Position numbers and translations under genes: made by a program. Under the pieces are notes generated by a model. The model was not told where the DNA came from. It searched no databases and worked only from the letters and a program-made list of their open reading frames with translations. A DNA stretch of 55,500 nucleotides, the filler included, from Malassezia furfur (Eukaryota), in assembly GCA_052055015.1 (NCBI GenBank). It is 2 parts of 2 records of this genome, joined end to end, with 100 filler letters (N's around TTAATTAATTAA, not from the genome) between each part and the next. Parts side by side here need not be neighbours in the genome. Positions count along the whole stretch, not along the records: positions 27,846 to 55,500 come from JBQJIT010000115.1; 1 more part is not named here. One strand, written 5' to 3'. The first letter of the stretch is position 1. Every line of letters starts with the position of its first letter. This document shows, one piece after another, positions 33,468 through 43,900 of this stretch.

Positions 33468-34220
33468 TTACAGGCACAGGATATCTTGCTCCAGCAAGGC
33501 GGCCATATCCCACGAAGGCAGCTCATCGCTCAGAGTCCCGTGTGTGCGGCGCAGCGCGTCGATGCGCTCGGCCAGCCGTGTGCGCAGCGTCTCCATCGCC
33601 TCTTGGTCGGCGTCGAGGCGCGCAGCGCCCTTGGTCACATCGTCGCGCACTTTTTGTAGCAGGGCGCGCCGCTCCAGTAGCCACGCCTGTAGTGCACCGG
33701 TCGCGCCCGTCGTAGCCGTACTTGGTGTCATTGGCCGCGGGTCCATCGACAGCAGCGCCGGCGGCGTATAAGGGGGAATGCGTGGCGCATGGGCACGTGT
33801 GCGCGTTTGTTTTGCCGGGCGCTCGGCAGCACCGGCATGCGCCGTGCGTTTCGGCGCCTCGGTGGGTGTTGGCAGCGCCAGTGGCGTTGGCGGCAGACGC
33901 AGGTCACTGGGTGGCCATGGCGCATGGTTTGTCGCCGACGGCAGCGCATGGATATCCTTAGTGCTAGGTAGCTCGTGTGCATGCTCACCGAACAATGCGC
34001 CGAGATCGTGCACCAGAAAGTTCCAGTCCTCGCCCGTGTGCGTCAACGGCAGGGCGCCCAATTCGTGGGCGGCATCGCCGATGCCGAGGAGCGCCGGCGA
34101 CGCCACCGTCGTGCTCACGCTCTCGTCGTCATTCTGAGACGGCGTGCCGTCGTGTAACTCGGGCGGCGTGCACGAACTGTCGGACCGCGACACGGAGCTT
34201 CGCTCCGGTCTCGGCGCCAT
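33468..34220 (-). CDS. Hypothetical protein with a C-terminal coiled coil
   Basis: A 250-aa ATG-initiated ORF fills the space between RHO4 and SGS1, with a Pro-rich middle and a heptad-like C-terminus. Confidence 0.6.
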   Translation of the reverse strand: MAPRPERSSVSRSDSSCTPPELHDGTPSQNDDESVSTTVASPALLGIGDAAHELGALPLTHTGEDWNFLVHDLGALFGEHAHELPSTKDIHALPSATNHAPWPPSDLRLPPTPLALPTPTEAPKRTAHAGAAERPAKQTRTRAHAPRIPPYTPPALLSMDPRPMTPSTATTGATGALQAWLLERRALLQKVRDDVTKGAARLDADQEAMETLRTRLAERIDALRRTHGTLSDELPSWDMAALLEQDILCL

Positions 34221-34355
34221 TCCCCTTCCGCGGTGCTGGCCAGCGAGCGTTTGGACACAGACGAAGATGCATCACGTGCCTGACCTCCACTCCACGTGAA
34301 CCCCGAAACGCGTCGCGCGTTGCAACCAACAGTTCGCGTGGTGTTGGTGGCGCGG

Positions 34356-37196
34356 ATGGTGGGGTCCGCGGGCAGCCGCTTCCATTTTGTCCCCGACGCG
34401 GAGATGTGCGCGACGGGCGGAGGCACGCGCACATCAAGCGTGAATGCGAGCGCCGGTGCGCCGCCCAAGGCGGCACATGCGCACGCGTCGCGCACCGCCG
34501 TTGCCGCGCACGACAAGGAGAATGCGCCGGTCGGCACGCCTGTGGTGTCGACGCCGAACATGGAGCGTGTGCAAGCCACACCCTCTTCGATACCCCGCAG
34601 CGGCAGCAGCTCTGCGCCGAGTCCGATGCATGCTCGGTGGGCTCAGAAATCCAACGACGAGCTGTATGCCAAGCATGCGCAGCTCGTCGCGCTGCGGCAC
34701 ACATCCATGTTGCAGCGTGCCGCGCTTGCATGCGGCGACGACGGTGTGGACGACAGTCCCGAGTTTCTCAAGCTCCAGGAGCGCAGCTGCACCACACGCA
34801 TCGTTGAGATCGAAGAGACGCTGCGTTTGCGCAGTGCACCCATACCCACTTCGTCGTCGGCGTCGAGCAGCGGTGCTGAGCGACCCGGCAGCGTGCATGC
34901 CACGCCACCAAGCTCATGGGATGTCGGGATATCGAGTGGGGGTAGCACGAGCGATGCAGGGACCGCGTCCCGTGCCGTGGGGCGCCGCTCGTCATCGCCT
35001 AACGCTGGCGTTGACGACGCGTCTGTCGCGTCGGAAGTGCCGCCGGCGACGCGGACGCCGCCTGCCGCGCCGAGCCTGCCCGTGCGGGCCTCACCTGTGC
35101 GTGCGCCGCTGCGTGAGACACAGCCGATGGCCGACACCGACGAGATTGAGATTGTCGAGACGCGTTGTGTACGGGCCAAATCGGCGGCACCTGCAGCCGC
35201 AGCGACGGTAGCTGCGGCAGCGGTGTCTGCGGCAACGCCTGCACGGACCTATGCCTGGGACGCGCAGGTACAGCACGCGCTGCGCCGTCTTTTCCGCCTT
35301 GCGCACTTCCGGCCGGACCAGCTTGAGGCGATCAATGCGACGCTGAGCGGCCGTGACGTGTTCTGCCTGATGCCCACTGGTGGCGGGAAAAGCCTGTGCT
35401 ACCAACTGCCGGCGACTGTGACGCAGGGGCGTACCGACGGGCTGACGGTGGTGGTGTCGCCGCTCATTGCGCTCATCCACAACCAGGTCAAGAATCTGCT
35501 GCGACTCGAAATCCCCACGCTAGCCATCACGGGCGACATGAGCGACGAGGACCGGCGGTTTGCGAGTGCGGAGCTCTACAAGCGTGACCTGCATGTGCGC
35601 CTGCTGTACGTCACGCCCGAGTTTGTGTGCAACTCGCGCCTGGCCGCCAACTTGCTGGCGCACCTCTACGCCCACGGCCGCCTGGCGCGGTTTGTGATCG
35701 ACGAGGCGCACTGCGTCGACCAGTGGGGCCACGACTTCCGCCCGGACTATGTGCGGCTCGAGATGCTCCGGCAGCAATACCCCCGCGTGCCGCTGATGGC
35801 GCTCACAGCGACGGCCCGCATTGACACGGTGCATGACATCCAGCAGCGGCTGGGCATGCGCGATGCGGTGGTGCTGCGGCAGTCGTTCAACCGTCCGAAC
35901 CTGTCGTACAGCGTGCAGCCCAAGCGGCGCGGCGCGGGAACGCTCGAGAGCATCGCGGCCTTTATCAAGGAGCGGCACGCAGGCGAGTGCGGCATCATCT
36001 ACTGCCTGAGCCGGCGCGACTGCGAGAATGTGGCGAGCGATCTGAATACCAAGTTCGGCATCCAGGCGCGCCATTTCCACGCGGGCCTCGATACGCAGGA
36101 CAAGCTGCGCATCCAGGACACATGGGAGGCGGGGCACTTCAAGGTGATTGTCGCCACGATCGCGTTCGGCATGGGAATCGACAAGGCGGACGTGCGCTTT
36201 GTGATCCACCACTCGATCCCCAAGAGCCTCGAGGGCTACTACCAGGAGACGGGGCGCGCGGGGCGCGATGGCAAGGCGTCCGAGTGTGTGCTGTACTGGA
36301 CCATGGACGACGCGCGCAAGCTCGAGGGCATGATCCGCGAGTCGGACGATGCGTCGCCGCAGCAGAAGCAGCACCAGCTCGAGACACTGCGCCAGGTGAC
36401 CACGTTTTGCCAGGCGCTCACCGAGTGCCGGCGCACCAACATCCTCAAGTACTTTGGCGAGCAGTTTGACCCGGCCGACTGCCACGCGTCGTGTGACAAC
36501 TGCCGGCGCGGCGCCGTACACAAGGTCGACGTCACAACGCCTGCCAAGGACTTTGTCAACATGGTGCAGCTGATTGGCGGGCGCACGACGCATCTCACGC
36601 GCGCCTACTACACCAACGTGTTTAAGGGCAGCATGCGCAAGGACATCAAGGACAAGGGGCACCACCGCAACCTATACCACGGGCGTGGCGCCCACTTCAG
36701 CGACGAAGAGCTCAAGCGCATCGTCGACCACCTGCTCAACGTGCAGTACCTTGAAGAGTACGCCAAAAAGGCCGCATACCAGCGGTTCCCGAGCCACTAC
36801 GTACGTGTGGGCCCTGCGGCGCGCACCCTGCTGCAGGGCCATGCACAGGTCGAGCTCGAGATGCCCGACACAGGCGCGCGGGCAACGACTCGCGCGCCGC
36901 CGGCCGCCCGCCGCGACGTCTCGGCATCACCCGAGGCGGACGACGCATTCGACCTCGCGTCTATCCCATTGAGCCCCACGGAGCTTGCGCTGCTCGATGC
37001 GCCTGCGAGCCCCAAGCGCAGGCGCACGAGTCCCCAGCGCAGGCCTCTCGCGGCCAGCGCCCCCGTGGCGCGCACGGGCCCCACGGCTCGGTCCGCCTCC
37101 ACATCCGTGCGCGGCGGCGGGCGCGGCGGGCCGTCGGGCGGCGGGCCGCGTGTGGCAATTGCACCGATGCCGATGGGATTCCTTCGCAGAAGCTAA
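34356..37196 (+). CDS. SGS1: RecQ family DNA helicase (Sgs1/BLM-like)
   Basis: Motifs MPTGGGKSLCYQLP, DEAHCVDQWGHDFRPDY and YYQETGRAGRDG, plus the RQC zinc ligands CRR..C..CDNC. Confidence 0.92.
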   Translation: MVGSAGSRFHFVPDAEMCATGGGTRTSSVNASAGAPPKAAHAHASRTAVAAHDKENAPVGTPVVSTPNMERVQATPSSIPRSGSSSAPSPMHARWAQKSNDELYAKHAQLVALRHTSMLQRAALACGDDGVDDSPEFLKLQERSCTTRIVEIEETLRLRSAPIPTSSSASSSGAERPGSVHATPPSSWDVGISSGGSTSDAGTASRAVGRRSSSPNAGVDDASVASEVPPATRTPPAAPSLPVRASPVRAPLRETQPMADTDEIEIVETRCVRAKSAAPAAAATVAAAAVSAATPARTYAWDAQVQHALRRLFRLAHFRPDQLEAINATLSGRDVFCLMPTGGGKSLCYQLPATVTQGRTDGLTVVVSPLIALIHNQVKNLLRLEIPTLAITGDMSDEDRRFASAELYKRDLHVRLLYVTPEFVCNSRLAANLLAHLYAHGRLARFVIDEAHCVDQWGHDFRPDYVRLEMLRQQYPRVPLMALTATARIDTVHDIQQRLGMRDAVVLRQSFNRPNLSYSVQPKRRGAGTLESIAAFIKERHAGECGIIYCLSRRDCENVASDLNTKFGIQARHFHAGLDTQDKLRIQDTWEAGHFKVIVATIAFGMGIDKADVRFVIHHSIPKSLEGYYQETGRAGRDGKASECVLYWTMDDARKLEGMIRESDDASPQQKQHQLETLRQVTTFCQALTECRRTNILKYFGEQFDPADCHASCDNCRRGAVHKVDVTTPAKDFVNMVQLIGGRTTHLTRAYYTNVFKGSMRKDIKDKGHHRNLYHGRGAHFSDEELKRIVDHLLNVQYLEEYAKKAAYQRFPSHYVRVGPAARTLLQGHAQVELEMPDTGARATTRAPPAARRDVSASPEADDAFDLASIPLSPTELALLDAPASPKRRRTSPQRRPLAASAPVARTGPTARSASTSVRGGGRGGPSGGGPRVAIAPMPMGFLRRS

Positions 37197-37239
37197 CGTC
37201 TATCTATGTTCTGCGCTGGGCTGCATACTTCCCGGAAAT

Positions 37240-38840
37240 TTAGGCCGAGTAGGTCGAGGCCGACACGTTGCCACCGCGGCCAGTCCAGTTGATGTGCACG
37301 TCCTGGTCGAGCGGCAGGTGGTCGTTCTCCTGGCCGGGACGCACACGGAAGGTGTGCGCACCGAAGTAGTCGCGCTGCGCCTGGAGCAGGTTGGCGGCAA
37401 CCACCTCAGAGCGGTAGCCGTCGTAGAACGCAAGCGCCGACGACGTGGCGGGCGTCGGGATACCCCACAGCACGGCCTGCGCCACGACACGGCGCCAGCC
37501 GTCCTCGGCGGTCTGGATGGCGTTCTTGAAGAAGTCGTCGAACAGCAGGTTCTCCAGCGCGGGCTGCTTGCGGAAGGCGCTCGTGATGTCCTTCAGGAAG
37601 ACGGAGCGGATAATGCAGCCGCCGCGCCACATGAGCGCAATCGAGGGGTTGTTCAGGCGCCAGTTGTACTCCTTGGCCGCCTCGCGCATCAGCATGAAGC
37701 CCTGCGCGTACGACACAATCTTGCTGGCGTACAGCGTCTGCTCGAGGTCCTTGATGAACTGCTTCTTGTCACCCTCGAACTTCTTGATCGTGGGACCACC
37801 AAGGATCTTGGACGCACGCACACGCTCGCTCTTGAGCGACGACAGGCAGCGGGCAAACACCGCCTCGGCGATCAGCGTCACGGGCTGGCCAAGGTCGAGC
37901 GCGTTGATCGCGGTCCACTTGCCCGTACCCTTCTGGCCGGCGCTGTCGAGGATCTTGGGCACCATCGGCTTGCCGTCGGTGTCCTTGTAGGCAAGGACAT
38001 CGCGCGTGATCTCGATCAGGAACGAGTCAAGCACACCCTTGTTCCACTCGGCAAAGATGTCCGAGATCTCCTGCTCTTCGAGACCCAGGCCGATTTTGAG
38101 GATCGAGTAGGCCTCAGCAATGAGCTGCATGTCACCGTACTCGATACCGTTGTGCACCATCTTGACGTAGTGGCCGGCACCGCCGTCACCGACCCAGTCA
38201 CAGCACGGCTCACCGTCGCTCTGCGCGGCCGTCTTCTGGAAAATCTCCTTGATCTCGGGCCACGCCGCAGCGCTGCCACCGGGCATCAGCGAGGGGCCGT
38301 AACGGGCACCCTCTTCACCACCCGACACACCGCTGCCGACGAACAGGAGACCCTTGGCCTCCAGCTCCTTGGTGCGGCGCTCCGAGTCGGGGAAGTGCGA
38401 GTTACCACCATCGATGATGATGTCACCCTTCTCGAGGTGCGGCACAAGCTGCTGGATGAAGTCGTCCACAGCGGGACCGGCCTTGACCAGCAGGATGATC
38501 TTGCGGGGGCGCTTGAGCATGCGCACAAACTCCTCGATGGAGTGCGCACCGATCACGTTGGTGCCCTTGGCCTCGTTGGCAAGGAACTTGTCCACCTTGG
38601 AGGTAGTGCGGTTGTAGGCGGCCACCTTGTAGCCCTTGTCTGCGAGTGAGCGGCCACGGGAACGTACCGTTCATGTTCAGAATCAGGTTCTGGCCCATGA
38701 CGGCCAGGCCTGCAGAGTTAGTCGGGTACTCAAACGCAATACAAACCGATCAGGCCGATGTCAGCACTGTTTCCGTGTTAGCCAAGTTCAACCAGGACAC
38801 AAAATACGTACACAGCTTGGGGAGTGTTCGAGTCGGTCAT
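37240..38840 (-). CDS. GND1: 6-phosphogluconate dehydrogenase, decarboxylating; 4 exons
   Basis: Spliced N-terminus ADIGLI|GLAVMGQNLILNMN|DKGY, plus GHYVKMVHNGIEYGDMQ and QAQRDYFGAH. Introns at 38767-38811, 38710-38746 and 38640-38667. Confidence 0.97.
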
Positions 38841-38939
38841 CTTCGCTACAATGGAAGTGTCACACAGGAACCCACGACCCGTCCCGGGCCGCTCGGGCCA
38901 CGATCGAAGCTGGTCACATGATACGCTGACTAAAATGTT

Positions 38940-39948
38940 CTACGACCGGCCCCCACCCATGTTCGACATGAACTGCTGCGCCATCCTGTAGGGTTAGTCA
39001 GATCGGGAGAACGTACTGTCGCAGCTGGGGGTTGTTCATCATTGCGTTGATATCGGGCATCTGGCCGCCGTTCCCACCAAACTGCTCGGCCATCTGGCGG
39101 AGCATAGGGTTGTTCATGAGCTGCTCCAGCCCGCCGTTCTGCATTAGCTGCTGTGCCATCGACGAAAGCATGGGGTTGTTCAGCAGCGAGCCGAGATCGG
39201 GCATGCCGCCACCACCCATACCGGCACCGCCACCCAGGTCCGGCTGCGCGTCAGCACCGCGCGACGCCGCCGAGGCCACCGCGCCGTCCTTGGGTGTCTC
39301 AGCAACCTTGGCCTTGCACGCATCGATGCCCGACTTCATCAGCTTGTTGGACGGGTCCACCTCGTAGCCCTTCTCGTAGGCAGCCAGCGCCTCGTCGTAC
39401 TTGCCCGAGGCAAACAGCGCGTGCCCAAGACGCGAGTATGCCTTGCCAAACTTGGGGTCGATTTCGGAGGCTTTCTTCGCATCGGCAATCGCCTCCTCGT
39501 GCTGGCCAATCTGGCTGTATGCCGCAGCACGGTTCGAATAGAAGACGGGCGAGGCACCATTCAGCTCAATCGCCTTGGTGTAGGCGTTCAGCGCCGCACC
39601 GTAGTCCTTGGCACTCATAAACTTGTTGCCCTCGTTCTTGAGCTCCTCGGCCTTGGCCTGGTCTGCCTCCGAAGCGTTCTTAGATTCGGGCTGCGTCGCA
39701 GGCTTGGCCTCCTCCGTCGGGGCCATCTTCTTTTGCGCCTTGAGGAAAACGTCGAAGATGGCACTCAGGCCGGGCGAGCCCTTAGCGTAGGTTGCGCGCT
39801 GCGTCGCATCAAACGTGTCCACGTCGAAGGCCTCGCAAATCAGCTTGGCGGCCTGCTCACGCTTTGAAGAGTCGAAGCTCGCGGTCTCCTTGCCTTGGAG
39901 CCAGTCGGCAATGGCAAATGCCAGCGATTTCGTTCCTTGGTTCGACAT
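38940..39948 (-). CDS. SGT2: Small glutamine-rich TPR co-chaperone Sgt2; 2 exons
   Basis: N-terminal dimerisation domain, three TPRs (AEELKNEGN..YSNRAAAYS..KAYSRLG) and an NNP-rich STI1 tail. A 31-nt intron lies at 38986-39016. Confidence 0.93.
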
Positions 39949-40343
39949 ATCGAAGGTGGGGGTGGACCTACGTGGACGCACGCATGCGCCACGTGGCCAC
40001 CGCGCCTTCTTTCTGCCTGCGGAGAAGACGTGCGAGATCTGCGTAGGCAGTCGTGCGACTGCCCGAGGATGCTGTAGCAACGTAGTTCGGATCACGTACG
40101 CGAGTCTATTTGTATCTGCCTAGCTGATTGTATGTCGTCGGTCCAACGAGCGAATTTTGAAAATGCCTGGCCCGTGAGTGGCTCTAGCTTCTTGCTTAAT
40201 CGCACCATGCGCGCAGAATGCTGCATCGTCGTCGAAAATTAAGTAACGCTTCTGGCAACCCAGCAGCGCTTGAGCTGACCGACTGGTCGTCACACGGGCG
40301 TGCTGAATCACTTCGGCGGCCTGCGCGCAGCCACCCCGACCCC

Positions 40344-43300
40344 ATGTGGGTGCGGGTGGTGACGGCGGCAGTGCGCATGCAGCGGTCTGCGCGGACCTAC
40401 CTGACACGCCAATTTGCACGTCACGGTAGCCATATCTCACGACACCAGACACGAACCATCCTCCTATGCAATTTGGTGATTGCGTCCCTCTTCTACCCCG
40501 CTGTGGTCATGTACCTCTTGACGACCTCCGAGGACGCCTCGTCGTCCTTCACCCCCGAATGCCACGAACGACACCGCGTCCACGACAACAATACTGCGGC
40601 CTGTGTACTGGGAGCACGCGCGCCCACGAACATTTGGGATGTCGCCCGAGCTTCGCTCGCCGACATCACTGGCGGTGGCCGTGTGAACCGCAGCGATGCG
40701 AATTACCCCGTACACGACCTGCACCTACTCTGGGACGAAACGCCCAGTCTCGAAGTCGTACCTCGACCAGCGCAAGCCGAAGGCGTGCCCACGGTCCGGA
40801 TGGAACAGGTCCTACTCACTACCGAGACCGTGCGCCAGGGCGACGGCTCGCCCTACGGCATGCTCGAGCCGCATGCGCTGCTTGCCGCACAGCAGGTGCA
40901 GCACGACATCGAGGCAAGGATGCGCACCGCCAACATCTCGTGCTATGAGCTGGATGGCGCATGCCTCGTGCTTTCGCCGCTGACGTATTGGCCCACGGCG
41001 GCGGACATCCAGGCCGACGAGCACCCCGCCAAATCCTATACAGGAAGCCCTGTGCGGGCGGTGGTCACCCCGCCGGTTGCGCCGCTGCTCGCAAATACGA
41101 GCATTCCGCTGCTGTATTCGACGACGCTTGCGAGCCGGTGGCCGTACCTGCCGCTGTTTTCACGCGCTGAATTTCTCGTGTTGTCCTTCTTTGTACACGA
41201 TTCGCCCGGTACAGCGAAAGCATGGGAGCGCCTCGTGCATGACGTTGCCTCTGCTCAGCATCTGGTGCTCGAGCGGCCGCCCGGCATTGAGGCGGGCGAC
41301 ACCTATCTTCGCGTACGTTATGCCCACTCACGCAGTTTAAGCCACAGCATCTCACTGCACGGCCGACGCTCAATGTCTCAGTGGTCGCGGGCGGCTACAT
41401 GCTGCTCCTCTTGTTCATCTTCCGTGGGCTGGTGCAGATGCGCCGACTTCACTCGCGGTTCGGTATCGCCTTCACGGGGAGTGTCCAGCTGCTACTCGAC
41501 TTGATCATGAGTCTGAGCGTGTGCGCATTGCTGGGCATCCGGCTGAATGCTGTGCCCTGGTCCATCCTGCCCTTCATTATCGTGGTGGTCGGCTCTGAGT
41601 CCATGCTTTTCATGATCCGCACCATCACCAACACCCCTCTTTCTCTGACGATGCACGCGCGTATTGCCTACGGGCTCTCGCAGGTGGCCGGCCCCATCAC
41701 CCTTACGGCGCTGTCGGACATTGTACTGCTGGTGCTCCTGGCGTGGACGGTGAGGATCCCGGCGGTGCTGCAGTTCTGCCTGTTTACCATCTGCACGTTG
41801 GTGGTCGACTACTTCATGCAAATGACTTTTTTTGTGACGGTGCTGAGCATCGACATGCAACGTCTCGAGCTCGCCGAAGTGCTGCTCCAGGCGCCGACCG
41901 CGGCGCCGGCCACGCCTGCGGCAGAGCCTGGGATGCCGCCGGTGCCGCCAGCGCCGTACCGCCCGCGCTCGGTGATCTCGTATGTGCTGGGTGGCATGCA
42001 TGCGCTGCTGCATACGCGCGGCGTGCGTTCATTCCGCGTGTCGGTACTGGCGACCGCGGTGCTGACGCCCGTGCTGTACTATGCGTCGGACGGCAAGGTG
42101 GCGCAGTTCTTTGCGCGGCTGCTCTCGTCGCCCTTTGCGACGGTGGCCGCCGAGCCCCACGTTGCGCCCACTGCGCTGCACGACAACCCGTACGGCATGT
42201 TCTGGGCATCCATCAACCCACTGCACGCGCCGCTTGTGCAGATGCGCGTCGCGCCGTGGTCGGTGCTGACGCTGCCGCAGGCGGCGCTGCCGGCCAACGC
42301 GCGTACGCCGCCCGGGCCATGGCTTGAGCAGCTCTTTTTCCACCGGCAAGGCGCAACGCTCTTCCTTGTGTTTCTGTTTGTGGTGTGTCCCGTCGCCGCG
42401 ACGATGCTGGTCATGTCGGGCGTGTTACGCTACCTGCGCAAGGATACCGACCTGCTCGAGTCGCAGCACGAAAAATCCGACGGGACCGACGCCGGGCTCT
42501 CGGCGCTGCTGCCGCAGCCGTCCAGGAGTGACGCATCGTCGCTGCGCGTGCACGTCGAGGTGCTGACCGATGCGCTGCATGCGGCACCCGTGCACCTTGT
42601 GGGGGCCACCGGTGCGTGGGTCGTCAGTGCCGACATCTGCAATCAGCTGCGCGCGACGAACGACGAGCTCGGCACGTCGTGTGCGCTTGCCTCGCTCCGG
42701 ATGGACGCAGGCGCGGCGCCAGATGGGTCGCGCCTTTCGGCGCTGTATGTGCACGACCTCGGCAACGACGAGGCGCTCGTGTGCCTCGGCCAGGCGTCTG
42801 GGCGCGTGTCGGTGGTGCATTTGCCGTCGTGGCGGCTTGTTATGGACGTACACCGGGGGCCCGATGGGCCACTCGCGCCCGTCCAGGACGTGACGGTGCG
42901 ACATGCGACGCTTCTTACCCTGCATCGCGACGGCGCATGGTTGGCGTGGCGCGATCTTGCGGCACTGGCGCACAAGACGGCCGAGCCGAGCAGTGTGCTG
43001 CCCTACCGGCTGACGACGTGCCTTGCGTCCGATACCGCCTGGAAGGCCGTGCCGCTTGCGCAAGACGACGATGCATTGGGCGCCGTGTCGGCCCAGGGCG
43101 ACCTGGTTGTGGCGCGTGTTGTGCCGCCAAGCTCCGAGCAGCGCCTCAGCGTCGATGTAGCTGCGCGCGTACAGACGCGCGCCGTGTGTCGGTGTGCGTT
43201 GTTGCTGGCCGCCGAGACAGACGGGACGTCGACCCCGCCCGCGCCGCCGATCGTGACACCGCCCCGGCAGGCGCTGGCGCCGCGTCGCGCCGAGTGGCTT

Positions 43301-43900
43301 GTGGCAGGCGACCAGGACGGCGTGCTGCACCTGTGGCTCGGCGGGCATGGCGCGCCGGTCGCCAGTCTGCCGCTGGCCGAGCCATGTGCGGACGGTGCAG
43401 TGCACGCGATCCAGCGCGTGTCGCGCGAGCCATCGGCGCCGCTGCTGCTTGTTACGACGGCGAACCGCGTGTGGTTTGTGGGTGTGCATGCGAGTGCGCC
43501 GCACCTTGTTTTGCTGCACAGTTGGGCGAACGCGCGGGGCGTGGCTGATGTGCTGCCGTTTGCGCCCGCGGCGCCGGCGTGGGTGCTGGGCGTGCGCCGC
43601 GCCGCCACCACGCACACGGACCGCAGCGCAGCGCGGTGGGAGGTATGGCGCATGCGCCTGCCGAGCACCGACGACGCGGCGCCGACGCAAAAGACGACGC
43701 ACCTCGAGGCGATGCCGCTCCCGCTCGAGCAGCTGATCGGCGCAAGCGTCGACGCCCGGCTCGCTGATGCGAGCGCGGAGCCGCTGGCGCAGCGCCCGTT
43801 GCTCGCCGCGCGCCTGAGCAGCATGGTGCGCGTGGATGCTCCGCATCCACAGTGGATGCTGCCGTATGGCTCGTGCCTTATTGCTGTATCTACGTCGTAG
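40344..43900 (+). CDS. SCP1: SREBP cleavage-activating protein (sterol-sensing domain + degenerate WD40); 2 exons
   Basis: Sterol-sensing domain HSRFGIAFTG..VPWSILPFIIVVVGSESM..QMTFFVTVLSIDMQRLEL. A 23-nt intron at 41313-41335 joins the two ORFs in frame. Confidence 0.85.
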
